This document shows positions 8,889 through 18,978 of a stretch of DNA of 64,000 nt, one piece after another (position 1 is the stretch's first letter; every line of letters starts with the position of its first letter). The position numbers and the translations under genes were made by a program. The stretch is from contig OZ252149.1 of NCBI GenBank assembly GCA_965248755.1, positions 978,295-1,042,294 on the forward strand, written 5' to 3'. Origin of the DNA: Candidatus Latescibacterota bacterium. GTDB taxonomy: Bacteria; Latescibacterota; CBDEFO01. Below the pieces are notes generated by a model. The model worked only from the letters and a program-made list of their open reading frames with translations. It was not told the origin of the DNA and did not search any database.

Positions 8889-9623
8889 ATGAAACTTGCC
8901 CAACTGAATTGGCCCGACATGGAGAAGGTGTCAAGAGACCTTGTAGTGATATTCCCTATAGGATCATTCGAACAGCACGGTCCACACCTTCCGTTCGTCA
9001 CTGACACAGCCGAGGTAACGGTGATAGTGGATCGTCTGGATGAAACGATACCGGATGATATTCTATGCCTGCCCACGCAGTGGCTCGGTTACTCTCCTCA
9101 TCACATGAGGTTTAAGGGGACAATAACTGCGAAGTCGGAGACACACATAAATATCATCGTGGAAACTGTAAGCTGTATGATAGATGCTGGCTTCAACAGG
9201 ATCATTGTCCTCAACGGACATGGGGGAAACGTACCTAATATGGGAGTAGCGCTCCAGAGACTCATGGAGGCATGGCCTGATGCGAACGTCTACGGGATAA
9301 ATTGGTACGAATTTGACGAGTTGGAGAAGATAAGAGAGGCAGGGCCCCACGGATGGGGACACGCAGGCGAGATGGAAACGTCCGTTATGATGACGGCCCA
9401 TCCCGATTTAGTCAAGACGGACAGGTTCCAGAAGGACGGCTTCCCGCCTAAATCAAAATTAGCTTCTAAGACCTTACTATTTAAGAAGATAGATCATATT
9501 ACTGCCAGAGGAAACTACGGAGATCCAAATTTTGCCTCAGCAGAGAAGGGAGAACGTTTCCTGAAAACCGCGGTGGATGTCCTCATCGGGATCGTCGAAG
9601 ATATTAAAAAGGGAGCCTTATAG
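8889..9623 (+). CDS. creatininase-family amidohydrolase (creatinine amidohydrolase / MftE / ArfB family)
   Basis: VIFPIGSFEQHGPHLP and LNGHGGN motifs of PF02633; 10-nt spacing to alr suggests co-transcription. Confidence 0.8.
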   Translation: MKLAQLNWPDMEKVSRDLVVIFPIGSFEQHGPHLPFVTDTAEVTVIVDRLDETIPDDILCLPTQWLGYSPHHMRFKGTITAKSETHINIIVETVSCMIDAGFNRIIVLNGHGGNVPNMGVALQRLMEAWPDANVYGINWYEFDELEKIREAGPHGWGHAGEMETSVMMTAHPDLVKTDRFQKDGFPPKSKLASKTLLFKKIDHITARGNYGDPNFASAEKGERFLKTAVDVLIGIVEDIKKGAL

Positions 9624-9773
9624 GCCCGCCATTTCTGACGAGCCGGATGTTCCAGACTCCGTGGGCTTTTATGAAAACGACACAACGTCGCACAATGTTT
9701 TTCGATCCATCTGCCTTCATTCGTTACTGAACTGGAAAGTCTAACTCTCAAAGTTAGGTTGCTTCCTCTGAGT

Positions 9774-10769
9774 CTACAGCCTTTCCCACTTCCATATCTT
9801 GACCCACCCCTCAGCTGATTCCGGCCCCCAGTTTGGATGAAATAGCTGTAACTGATATAGATTCCCATTTCCATCTACAACAAAATCATCACCATCACCT
9901 GGTCTGGGTACGGTTTTCTTAGGACATTCAGGAATTTTCCCAAGGTACTCTCCACCACTACCGTAAATTTCCATACTAAACTTTCGCTCATCTAGTGCAT
10001 TAACAAATGAGTTGCCTTGTCCATCAATTGCGACTAGATCTCCCACGCGTGAGCCCTGCTTAGTAAATGTTACTGGCAATCCAGAGATGCCTTTTTCAGG
10101 GCGTTGCGCATATCGCTCAAACGCTCCCCAAGGGTCTCCGCCTTCCGGATAATTATGTAACAAAGTATAATCAGAAAAGGCTGAGGTAGTTATTCGGCGA
10201 ACATATCCCCTTGATAGCACAGTCGTGCCTTCCTTGTTAAGAAATAGAGCACGTGAGTCACCGAATATGGATATATCCCCCTTAGAATTAACGCGCAGGG
10301 AAAGCTCAGTAAAACGTCCAAACTCACACTGAAAGTGGCTCACAAACTTAGCCTGATTGTCTAATTTAGAGCCTCTCAAAACCTCCATCGCCCTATTCTC
10401 AGTCACTACATAAATGTTACCCTGGTTATCCGCCTCCAAACTTGCCCCTATGCGTATCCGCCATCCATCTTCAGGCGGCCTCCATGCAAGTATGAACTTT
10501 CCATTCCTGTTAAACTTCTGTATCCTAGCATTCACATCGTCTTGAATCCAGAAGTTACCATTGGAATCAACAGTAAAATCATACGGATATACAGGCTCAC
10601 CTTCTGGCTTTGGCTCACTCCGTCCAAACTCTCCTGGATTTGCCCCTTCTGGAGCGGAGAAAACAACTTTGGGGTTTTTAAACAGAATCTGGGCTTTGGC
10701 TGAGGCAATACAACAGCACAGTAGCGCCGCTGTGATTCCTACGGAAATAGAGAAAATTCTTTGCTTCAT
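9774..10769 (-). CDS. secreted NHL-repeat beta-propeller protein
   Basis: Signal peptide MKQRIFSISVGITAALLCCCIASAKA; repeated ..DSNGNFWIQDDVNARIQKFN.., ..AIDGQGNSFV.., ..VVDGNGNLY.. NHL-like blades. Confidence 0.5.
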   Translation of the reverse strand: MKQRIFSISVGITAALLCCCIASAKAQILFKNPKVVFSAPEGANPGEFGRSEPKPEGEPVYPYDFTVDSNGNFWIQDDVNARIQKFNRNGKFILAWRPPEDGWRIRIGASLEADNQGNIYVVTENRAMEVLRGSKLDNQAKFVSHFQCEFGRFTELSLRVNSKGDISIFGDSRALFLNKEGTTVLSRGYVRRITTSAFSDYTLLHNYPEGGDPWGAFERYAQRPEKGISGLPVTFTKQGSRVGDLVAIDGQGNSFVNALDERKFSMEIYGSGGEYLGKIPECPKKTVPRPGDGDDFVVDGNGNLYQLQLFHPNWGPESAEGWVKIWKWERL

Positions 10770-10855
10770 ATGTATAACTCCTAGTATTTACCGAAGTCTT
10801 TCAGGACCGAATCCTATATGAAGGAACACATTAACTATTTAATTCAGTACAGTGA

Positions 10856-11446
10856 TCAACACCCCTTGGGTCTTAGAACTACTCGATCATGGGTTGAATT
10901 CTCACCCCAATAGGTGTTAGTTGACATATTTCTATCATTTTTTTTGTTAATGCTGTCAGGATCGTCATTATTCTGGTTACCAGATGCTGTGTGTATATCG
11001 ACCACATTATTGCCTTCCAGTTTTGTAATAATTCCACCGTGGGTAAATTCATTGCTATCAACTTTTAAGGCAATGATATCGCCTCTTTTATAGTCGCCTG
11101 TCGCTGTGACTTCATCGAAGTGAGTACGGTTATTAGCGATACCGTCCATATTTGTGTCGCCAATATCTTTCCCGGACACTGCAAGAGTCGTAAGGACAAG
11201 TCCTGAACAGTCCAAACCCTCATCACAAGTACTCGTGAACTCGTTGTTATTATATTCATCTTCCCGTTCAGAGGGTGTACCGTGTCCTCCTCCCCAAGTA
11301 TAATCACAACCATTCAGGTTTTCCGCAATGTCTGCTATACAATCGCCTATGCTAGAGCAGCCGCCACCAGAGCTCCCTATCTGTTTCAAACTAACTACGC
11401 AAAGCAAGCAAATCAGCGCTGTGAGAAGAAATAACCACTTTTTCAT
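10856..11446 (-). CDS. secreted NlpC/P60-family (CHAP-like) cysteine peptidase, probable peptidoglycan hydrolase
   Basis: Signal peptide; YTWGGGHG..LDCSGLV (catalytic Cys) and ..FTHGGII (His) arrangement of NlpC/P60. Confidence 0.65.
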   Translation of the reverse strand: MKKWLFLLTALICLLCVVSLKQIGSSGGGCSSIGDCIADIAENLNGCDYTWGGGHGTPSEREDEYNNNEFTSTCDEGLDCSGLVLTTLAVSGKDIGDTNMDGIANNRTHFDEVTATGDYKRGDIIALKVDSNEFTHGGIITKLEGNNVVDIHTASGNQNNDDPDSINKKNDRNMSTNTYWGENSTHDRVVLRPKGC

Positions 11447-11479
11447 ACTGTAACCCTCCTTATTGTCAAGACTTTATAA

Positions 11480-11786
11480 CGTCCCACCGCTTCTTTTATG
11501 TATCATGAGCAAGACTCTCCTTGATTTCCGCACTAGTTCTGGATAATTCACATGCTCGTCTATCAGCTTCTCCAGAATTTCTTTGGCTTGTTCGTACTCG
11601 CCCACTCTAAAATTGATTTGACCTATCGAGTAACGTTCCACCGCTTCTTTTATGTATCATGAGCAAGACTCTCCTTGATTTCCGCACTAGTTCTGGATAA
11701 TTCACATGCTCGTCTATCAGCTTCTCCAGAATTTCTTTGGCTTGCTCGTACTCGCCCACTCTAAAATTGATTTGACCTATCGAGTA
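11480..11786. repeat. Perfect 154-bp tandem duplication (2 units) at the 3' end of CDS 11607..13442
   Basis: Unit 1 ~11476-11629 and unit 2 ~11630-11783 are identical apart from one t/c difference. The period of 154 is not a multiple of 3, so the second unit is read out of frame and terminates the ORF (..LLDRSNQF*). Confidence 0.85.
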
Positions 11787-13442
11787 TTGAGCCAATGCTA
11801 CAAGGTTGGGATATAACTCGCCTACTTTATGATATTGGGCAATGGCATCCTTGTATTTTCCCTGTTGTTCATAAACGTACCCTAACGCCATTAGAATTGA
11901 TACCCCGCTTTCCCCGAGGGAATCCCTTCTTTGCGCCAAAACCTTCCAAGACTCCTCATACATCTTCGCGACTTGCTCGAGTCCTACGAGTTTGATCCTG
12001 GGATGCACTGTGTGTACGACATCAAACTCATATTGGGCAATGGCATCCTTATATATCCCTTGTCGATAAGCATCTCCAAACGCTATTAGTCGGGAACCTT
12101 CTCGCTCCTTCCAGACCTCTTCATACAACTGGAAGCCTTGATTATATTCTCCCAGTTTGATCTTATATAGCCCCATTTCTACGGTCGCATACTTTGCCAA
12201 ATATGAACCTGAGTCCACAATATTGAGTATCTGCTCACAACTCGTAATAGCTTTTTGATATTCCCCCAAGGCATCATACGCATTAGCCATCACCTGTTGG
12301 GCCTGGCATCTTACAATCTCTGATGATGAAAGATGCACAAGTCTTTCCATTGTCTGAATCACTTTCTGATACTGTCCAGACTGCCAATAAAATCTGCCCA
12401 GAAGGTACACCGCCCGTCTTCTTTGCCTATCTTCCTTGCGGATCTCGACCCACTCTTCCAATTTTGCCTGAGCTTCAGTTATCTTGCCTTCGGAGATAAG
12501 GCCATAAATATCCTGAAGTTCTAAGTCCTCCTGCGGCTCCATGGTCACCACCAGCTCCTGTGAACCTTGTTCTACTTTCACCTTCCCGACGACTAAGTCT
12601 ACCATCTCCGAAGACTCTGTAACACCTTCTATCTGTACCACCCCGTAGGGACCCCCACTCTCGGTTCCCATCTGTACGACCTCGTAGGGATACCCACTCT
12701 CGGTTTCCTTATACCTAATCCAACTTAATACATTATCACGTTCTCCCCCATCATCATCATCTACAATTCTCACATTCAAACCGATTTGAGTTCCTTGAAC
12801 GAATTGCCTTAAACCTAATACTTCTTTTGGTATACGCACTTCAACTGTATATCCGGTATCTGTCTGCTTAACTCCTGCCTCTACTCCTAAAAGCTCCCAT
12901 ATATACGGAATCTCCTGCGCATAGGGATATGGCTCGACATTGAAAAAGACACCCGCACCTTCCAGATGAACCTTTCCCGGTGCGTCCATCACAATCCGTA
13001 TCTCCCCGTCGTTGAGATCAAAATAGTCCTTCTCTTTCCCCCGCAACACTTGTACGTTCCCGTCCAGATCCCCATTAAAAGACACCTCCACAACATCATC
13101 CTGAAACCATTTTCTGCCCCATGTAGTGCCTGAACAGACCAGGTCGTCGCTTACCTTAACCCCTATATACAGGTGATCCCTTCCCACAAAAGTCCGGAAT
13201 CTTCCCGAAATGTCTGCCGCATCTGCTGTGGGTCCAAACCAGAAATGTTCAATATTGACTGCCTCTAACCCTATCTTGTCCCAGTCTGCTAAATCCCCAT
13301 TTAGAGTAATCTTTAGATCTTCAACCAAAATGGTGGAGTAAGTTGTTCCTACAACATCGGACCAGGCTGAAAAAGGGAACGAAAGTGCAAGCGCCAAAGC
13401 TACTATACTGATCTTCCAATCCATGCTAATCCTCCTTTGCAT
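11607..13442 (-). CDS. secreted CBM9-like (DOMON-like) N-terminal domain + TPR-repeat protein, copy A (C-terminus truncated relative to copy B)
   Basis: About 87% identical to 16312..18309. N-terminus has NGDLADWDKIG..LYIGVKVSDD..DDVVEVSF..GYTVEVRIPKEVLG..GLNVRIVDDDDGG, consistent with the family-9 carbohydrate-binding module. C-terminal half has TPR-like repeats. Confidence 0.6.
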   Translation of the reverse strand: MQRRISMDWKISIVALALALSFPFSAWSDVVGTTYSTILVEDLKITLNGDLADWDKIGLEAVNIEHFWFGPTADAADISGRFRTFVGRDHLYIGVKVSDDLVCSGTTWGRKWFQDDVVEVSFNGDLDGNVQVLRGKEKDYFDLNDGEIRIVMDAPGKVHLEGAGVFFNVEPYPYAQEIPYIWELLGVEAGVKQTDTGYTVEVRIPKEVLGLRQFVQGTQIGLNVRIVDDDDGGERDNVLSWIRYKETESGYPYEVVQMGTESGGPYGVVQIEGVTESSEMVDLVVGKVKVEQGSQELVVTMEPQEDLELQDIYGLISEGKITEAQAKLEEWVEIRKEDRQRRRAVYLLGRFYWQSGQYQKVIQTMERLVHLSSSEIVRCQAQQVMANAYDALGEYQKAITSCEQILNIVDSGSYLAKYATVEMGLYKIKLGEYNQGFQLYEEVWKEREGSRLIAFGDAYRQGIYKDAIAQYEFDVVHTVHPRIKLVGLEQVAKMYEESWKVLAQRRDSLGESGVSILMALGYVYEQQGKYKDAIAQYHKVGELYPNLVALAQYSIGQINFRVGEYEQAKEILEKLIDEHVNYPELVRKSRRVLLMIHKRSGGTLLDRSNQF

Positions 13443-13444
13443 TT

Positions 13445-14110
13445 ATTTTAGCAAAACCATTTTCCTTGTCTTCACAAATTTTCCTGCAGCTAGTTTGAAG
13501 AAATACACTCCGCTGGCGACCTTCTGTTCCTGATCATCCAAGCCATTCCATATGACGGAGTAATAATCAGGCGCCTGGGGCTCATTCACCAATGTCCGTA
13601 TCTTCTGCCCCATAATGTGAATATCTTCAATTGCGTGGGAACAGTTTCAGTTCCTCCCAATGTATACTGAATCACTGTAACTGGATTGAACGGATTGGGT
13701 GCGTTCTGCGTGAGCGCGAAGGACTTTGGACGAGCCTTTTTAATCTCTACCAACACCTCGAATGTCCAAGTACGGCCATCCGCAACGCTTAACACTATTG
13801 GTAGCTCGAAGGTTTCACCCACCACTTCTTCCTCCACATACATGGGAATCGTTAGTTTTTCTGTTCCAGTAGACCTTTTAGGTATATCTATCCGCTTCAC
13901 TAGTTCTCCGATCTGAACCCACTCGGGTAGATCTTTCGCTCTCACTTCAACCCCTACCCCCTTTAAAGTCAATTCTCCCTCATTTACTACTGAAAGAAAT
14001 ACTAAGTTATCACCTTCATATAAACCCAACACCGGCAATTCATCTCCCTGCACTACTCCAAGAAACATTACCAGCATCAATAATCCTATGAAATAAATTA
14101 TGCGAATCAT
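13445..14110 (-). pseudogene. small secreted T9SS-CTD protein, copy A, with a 1-nt deletion frameshift inside the C-terminal sorting domain
   Basis: Paralog of 18310..18978. The in-frame ORF stops at 13586 (..FTLWGRRYGHW). A frame-shifted continuation to ~13445 encodes the rest of the CTD (..MGQKIRTLVNEPQAPDYYSVIWNGLDD..KTRKMVLLK). Copy B has 'aatgttgaatat' where copy A has 'aatgtgaatat'. Confidence 0.55.
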
Positions 14111-14721
14111 CGAACCCTCCTTCTTTTGTAGGCTTACTAATTCATAAGAAATTCTTTTTTTTTCTACTAGAATAAATACGTCTTCTCGATCACATCTGCC
14201 ATCGACAATACTATAGTACAATTCCAACCCTTTTTTGATGATAAAATATATATATTTTACAAATATTTAGTATTTATCAATCATTCTACAAATACTATAA
14301 GAAATTTATATCACTGTCATAGTATAGATACGTGAGAGAGACAAAACATCCAAAACTTTTTTGAGTTTTTATAAATTCAAGATAGAGTACAATACCTTAA
14401 AGAAAGTATTAATAAAATTAAGAGTTTAGATGATATATAGAATTTTTGAGGACTTTGAGTGATTTCACAGATTTCAGCCTTTAATCAGCTAGAGTCACTG
14501 GAAATGGAGAGATTTCGCCTACAGATAAACTTAAGGGAAGAGGAAAACAATGTGGGTGAAGTAAGGATGATTTGCCTAAAAGAAATTAGCCTGTGAAAGT
14601 AGATACGTCAACTGGGGATGGGATCATGCACTTCTTCAAGAAAATCTGACACAGTAGCATCGATTTTAGAAGAGTGCAATTCATACCACTTCGATCTGGA
14701 AATATGGAATCCATACATATA

Positions 14722-15549
14722 TTACTCAGAATTCACAGGGCTCTGTGACTCGTTTTTTGATTGCCGGGCAGCTCTTATCTTTTCTATAGCCTTCTTTGCA
14801 TAGATCCTGTTCTCGTACCTACCACTGTTAGGTTGAACATATGGATCTTGCGCTGCTATCTTCTGCAGAATAGGAATAGTGGAAGCATCCCCAAAAACCT
14901 CTAATGCCACGATATTGGGTGTCCTATATGTGACCTTCGAATCCCCTAAAAGAGAATGAAGACGCTCCCTGATATTATCTTTATCTTCTTTAGTCAAAAA
15001 GTTGGGATCCAACGTAGCAATCTTCCTGAGTGTTAACATAGCTCCCCTTCTTATTCTTCGTCGGGTACTACCTAGCGAATCAATAATGTCAGGCACTACG
15101 GAGCGTCCAAGTTCCATCAAACCCCAAGCTACTCCTCGTCCATACTTCATGCCTTCAAGCTGAATAGCTTTGGAGCGCTCATCGCCTATTCTACCCAACA
15201 GCTCTAGAATTCCTAATGTACTTTCCGCTTGTAATTCCCCTGGTGGCCCCTTTAATAGAGGTTCCGTCTCTAGTTCATTGAATCTGTATATTAACGCAGG
15301 CACAGCTGGCCTGACTGCGTCTTTACCCTCTCTACCGAGAAGTCTCCACAATTTAGTAATCACAATGCTTGCAGAACGAAGATCGCCGTGCTTGATTATT
15401 TGGGCATCATCATCTGAAAAAGACCAGCCCTCCACATCAAATAAGGTTCTTTGCTCTTGAGCATCCCCTTGTGTACTTAGCCAATTGGTAGCGGAGAGAA
15501 CTAAAGTGACACATACGAAGAAAAGTAGCAGAGAGTATTTTCGTTTCAT
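14722..15549 (-). CDS. secreted HEAT-repeat protein
   Basis: Signal peptide MKRKYSLLLFFVCVTLVLSA; PBS-lyase/HEAT-like helical repeats (..AVPALIYRF.., ..RRGAMLTLRKIA..). Confidence 0.45.
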   Translation of the reverse strand: MKRKYSLLLFFVCVTLVLSATNWLSTQGDAQEQRTLFDVEGWSFSDDDAQIIKHGDLRSASIVITKLWRLLGREGKDAVRPAVPALIYRFNELETEPLLKGPPGELQAESTLGILELLGRIGDERSKAIQLEGMKYGRGVAWGLMELGRSVVPDIIDSLGSTRRRIRRGAMLTLRKIATLDPNFLTKEDKDNIRERLHSLLGDSKVTYRTPNIVALEVFGDASTIPILQKIAAQDPYVQPNSGRYENRIYAKKAIEKIRAARQSKNESQSPVNSE

Positions 15550-15653
15550 CTTATATTCCTTTCGAGGATCTTTAAACTCATCTTTGGAGATGGAAGCGAA
15601 GAAGGTAAATTCTCAATATTCCATCAGCTTGCACATATATCCATGTCCACCTG

Positions 15654-16181
15654 TTAGCAAGGAGGGACAGAACCAGTTCTTAAATGAAGATGATCAGACT
15701 TCTTTTTTACAAAATCAAAGTAAAGATTAACTCCGGTCTCAATTCTATCCCTTTCACTATCAGATGATAGGGATTGCCATAAAGTATCCCCTACACCATA
15801 CTTCCAACCATCACCAGCTGTACCATACATATGGCGACTTTTTGGTGTACCACCTTCATTATCATTCCAATCGGGAGTTCTGTAAATACTTGAGGCAGTA
15901 ACCTTGTCATCATACCATTCTCGAAAGCAATCCATGTTATCCATGTGTTCTTGGTTCCATACCCAGTAGTTAGCACCATCGTTACTATTCATCTCGTTCT
16001 CTCCGAAATAAGTAGATGTTTGATCACAAGTAAATTCTGCCCTATCAGGTTCTGGTAAACCCAGAGCTCCGTACTGTGATTGTATCTGATGAATCTCGTC
16101 ATGCCACGAATAAGTATTGCTCCACAAAAGCGCTGCTACTAGTAACACGACAAACAGAATTATGATTTCTCTTGGCTGCAT
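15654..16181 (-). CDS. hypothetical membrane-anchored protein (Trp/Asp-rich ectodomain)
   Basis: N-terminal TM helix IIILFVVLLVAALLW; no recognisable domain. Confidence 0.35.
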   Translation of the reverse strand: MQPREIIILFVVLLVAALLWSNTYSWHDEIHQIQSQYGALGLPEPDRAEFTCDQTSTYFGENEMNSNDGANYWVWNQEHMDNMDCFREWYDDKVTASSIYRTPDWNDNEGGTPKSRHMYGTAGDGWKYGVGDTLWQSLSSDSERDRIETGVNLYFDFVKKKSDHLHLRTGSVPPC

Positions 16182-16311
16182 CTTTATCTCCCTTTCCATT
16201 TCACGTTAAGGTTAGCAACCTTATGGTGTTCTGCTTCGCTATGGACTTGTAGTTCATAAAGATAATACTCCTCTCTTCTGCCGGGAATCTAAGCCAGGAT
16301 AATTGTTAGTC

Positions 16312-18309
16312 TTACTGTTCAATTCCCTGCAATTGCAGGAATTCGGAGAAGACTTCCTTAAACACTCCCCGTTTGCGGAACATATCCCCTACAGTGCGAA
16401 TGAGTCGGCCATTGAGGCCCTCATGAGCATGGTCAAGGAGATCTTTATATATGGTTGCAGCTTCCTCATATCTGCCAGCATTCACCATATCCAACGCATT
16501 TCCGACTACCCTCCATTCCTCTCCGGGATAATTTCTTCTCATAGCATAGAGTTGTTCCAAATAAATTTGTGTATTAGCAAGGTACTCTTTAGAAATAACG
16601 TCAGCATAATTATCCAGTACCTTTTCGAACTCCACGATAGCACGATCAACTTCAAACAGTAACCAGTAATTGTAGCCTATCGAATATTGAGCCGATGCTT
16701 CAAGGTTGGGATATAACTCCATAACTTTCTGATATTGGGCAATGGCCTCTCTATGTCTTCCCTGTTTTTCATAAACAGATACTAGCGCCATTAGAATTGA
16801 TACCCAGCTTTGCCCGGGGGAATCTTTTCTACGCTCCAAAACCTCCCAAGACTCTTCATACATCTTCGCCACTTTCTCAAGTCCTACCAGTTTGATCCTG
16901 GGATGCACTGTTTGTACGACATCACTCTCATATTGGGCGATGGCATCCTTATACATACCCTGTCCTTGATAAGCAGCTCCAAACGCTAATAGTCGAGAAC
17001 CTTCTCTTTCCTTCCAGGCCTCTTCATACAGCCGCAAGCCTTGCTCATATTCTCCCAGTTTGATCTTATATAGCCCCATTTCTACGGTCGCATACTTTGC
17101 CACATATGAACCTGAGTCTACAATATTGAGTATCTGCTCACAACTCGTAATAGCTTTTTGATATTCCCCCAAGGCATCATACGCATTAGCCATCACCTGT
17201 AGAGCCTGGCATCTTACAATCTCTGATGATGAAAGATGCACAAGTTTTTCCATTGTCTGAATCACTTTCTGATACTGTCCAGACTGCCAGTAAAATCTCC
17301 CCAGAAGGTACACCGCCCGTCTTCTTTGCGTATCTTCCTTACGGATCTCGACCCATTCCTCCAATTTGGCCTGAGCTTCAGTTACCTTTCCTTCGGAGAT
17401 AAGAGCAGAAATAGCGTGCACTTCTGAGCTCTCCTGCGGCTCCATAGTCACCAACAGCTCTTGTGAACCTTCTTCTACTTTCACCTCCCCAACAACTAAA
17501 TCTACCAACTCGGAAGCCGCTGGAACTGCTTCTACCTGTACTATCCCATAGGGTATCGTACCCTCGGTTTCCTTTTCTCTAGTCCAACTTAAAACATTGT
17601 CATGTTCTCCCCCATCATCATCATCTATAATTCGCACATTCAAACCGATCTGGGTTCCTTGAACGAATTGCTCCACACCTAATACTTCTTTAGGTATACG
17701 CATTTCAACTATATATCCTGTATCTGTACGCTTAACTACTGCCTCTACTCCTAAAAGCTCCCATGTATACGGAATCTCCTGATCGTAGGGATCTGTCACG
17801 GGATAGAAAAAGACTCCTGAACCTTCCAGATGAACCTTTCCCGGTGCGTCCGCCACAATCTGTATCTCCCCGTCGTTGAGATCGAAATAGTCCTTCTCCC
17901 ATATCTCAAACACCGGTATCTTGTCAGCGTCCAGATCCCCATTAAAAGATATCTGCACGACATCATCCTGAAACCATTTTCTGCCCCATGTAGTGCCTGA
18001 GCACACCAGGTCGTCGCTTACCTTAACCCCTATATATAGGTGATCCCTACTCACAAAAGTCCGGAAGTTTCCCGAAATGTCTGCCGCATCTGTTGTGGGT
18101 CCAAACCAGAAATGTTCAATATTGACTGGCTCTAACCCTATCTTCTCCCAGTCTGCTAAATCCCCATTTAAAGTAATCTTTGGATCTTCAACCAAAATGG
18201 TGGAGTAAGTTGTTCCTACAACATCGGACCAGGCTGAAAAAGGGAACGAAAGTGCAAGCGCCAAAGCTACTATACTGATCTTCCAATCCATGCTAATCCT
18301 CCTTTTCAT
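16312..18309 (-). CDS. secreted CBM9-like N-terminal domain + TPR-repeat protein, copy B (full length)
   Basis: 665 aa; signal peptide; same domain order as copy A plus ~150 extra C-terminal residues with additional TPR-like repeats. Confidence 0.65.
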   Translation of the reverse strand: MKRRISMDWKISIVALALALSFPFSAWSDVVGTTYSTILVEDPKITLNGDLADWEKIGLEPVNIEHFWFGPTTDAADISGNFRTFVSRDHLYIGVKVSDDLVCSGTTWGRKWFQDDVVQISFNGDLDADKIPVFEIWEKDYFDLNDGEIQIVADAPGKVHLEGSGVFFYPVTDPYDQEIPYTWELLGVEAVVKRTDTGYIVEMRIPKEVLGVEQFVQGTQIGLNVRIIDDDDGGEHDNVLSWTREKETEGTIPYGIVQVEAVPAASELVDLVVGEVKVEEGSQELLVTMEPQESSEVHAISALISEGKVTEAQAKLEEWVEIRKEDTQRRRAVYLLGRFYWQSGQYQKVIQTMEKLVHLSSSEIVRCQALQVMANAYDALGEYQKAITSCEQILNIVDSGSYVAKYATVEMGLYKIKLGEYEQGLRLYEEAWKEREGSRLLAFGAAYQGQGMYKDAIAQYESDVVQTVHPRIKLVGLEKVAKMYEESWEVLERRKDSPGQSWVSILMALVSVYEKQGRHREAIAQYQKVMELYPNLEASAQYSIGYNYWLLFEVDRAIVEFEKVLDNYADVISKEYLANTQIYLEQLYAMRRNYPGEEWRVVGNALDMVNAGRYEEAATIYKDLLDHAHEGLNGRLIRTVGDMFRKRGVFKEVFSEFLQLQGIEQ

Positions 18310-18978
18310 TTATTTTAGCAAAACCATTTTCCTTGTCTTCACAAATTTTCCTGCAGCTAGTTTGAAGAAATACACTCCGGTGGCGACCTTTTGTTCGTGA
18401 TCATCCAAGCCATTCCATATGACGGAGTAATAATCTGGCGCCTGGGGCTCATTGACCAATGTCCGTATCTTCTGCCCCATAATGTTGAATATATTCAATT
18501 GCGTGGGAACAGTTTCAGTTCCTCCCAATGTATACTGAATCACTGTAACTGGATTGAACGGATTGGGTGCGTTCTGCATGAGCGCGAAGGACTTTGGACG
18601 AGCCTTTTTAATCTCTACCAACACCTCGAACGTCCACGTACGGCCATCTGCAACGCTCAACACTATTGGTAGCTCGAAGGCTTCACCCACCATTTTTCCC
18701 TCCACAAACATGGGAATCATCAGCTTTTCTGTTCCAGTAGACGTTTTAGGTATATCTATCCGCTTCACTGCTTCTCCGATCTGAACCCACTCGGGTAGAT
18801 CTTTCGCTCTTACTTCCACCCCAACCCCCTTTAAAGTCAATTCTCCCTCATTTACTACTGAAAGAAATACTAAGTTATCACCTTCATATAACACCAATAC
18901 TGGCATTTCGTCTCCCTGCACTACTCCAACAAACGTTACTAGCATCAAAAGTCCCGTGAAATAAATTCTGCGAACCAT
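18310..18978 (-). CDS. small secreted protein with T9SS C-terminal sorting domain, copy B (intact)
   Basis: Signal peptide; ..FALMQNAPNPFNPVTVIQYTLGGTETVPTQLNIFNIMGQKIRTLVNEPQAPDYYSVIWNGLDDHEQKVATGVYFFKLAAGKFVKTRKMVLLK is a canonical T9SS CTD. Its stop abuts the ATG of 16312..18309, indicating translational coupling. Confidence 0.7.
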   Translation of the reverse strand: MVRRIYFTGLLMLVTFVGVVQGDEMPVLVLYEGDNLVFLSVVNEGELTLKGVGVEVRAKDLPEWVQIGEAVKRIDIPKTSTGTEKLMIPMFVEGKMVGEAFELPIVLSVADGRTWTFEVLVEIKKARPKSFALMQNAPNPFNPVTVIQYTLGGTETVPTQLNIFNIMGQKIRTLVNEPQAPDYYSVIWNGLDDHEQKVATGVYFFKLAAGKFVKTRKMVLLK

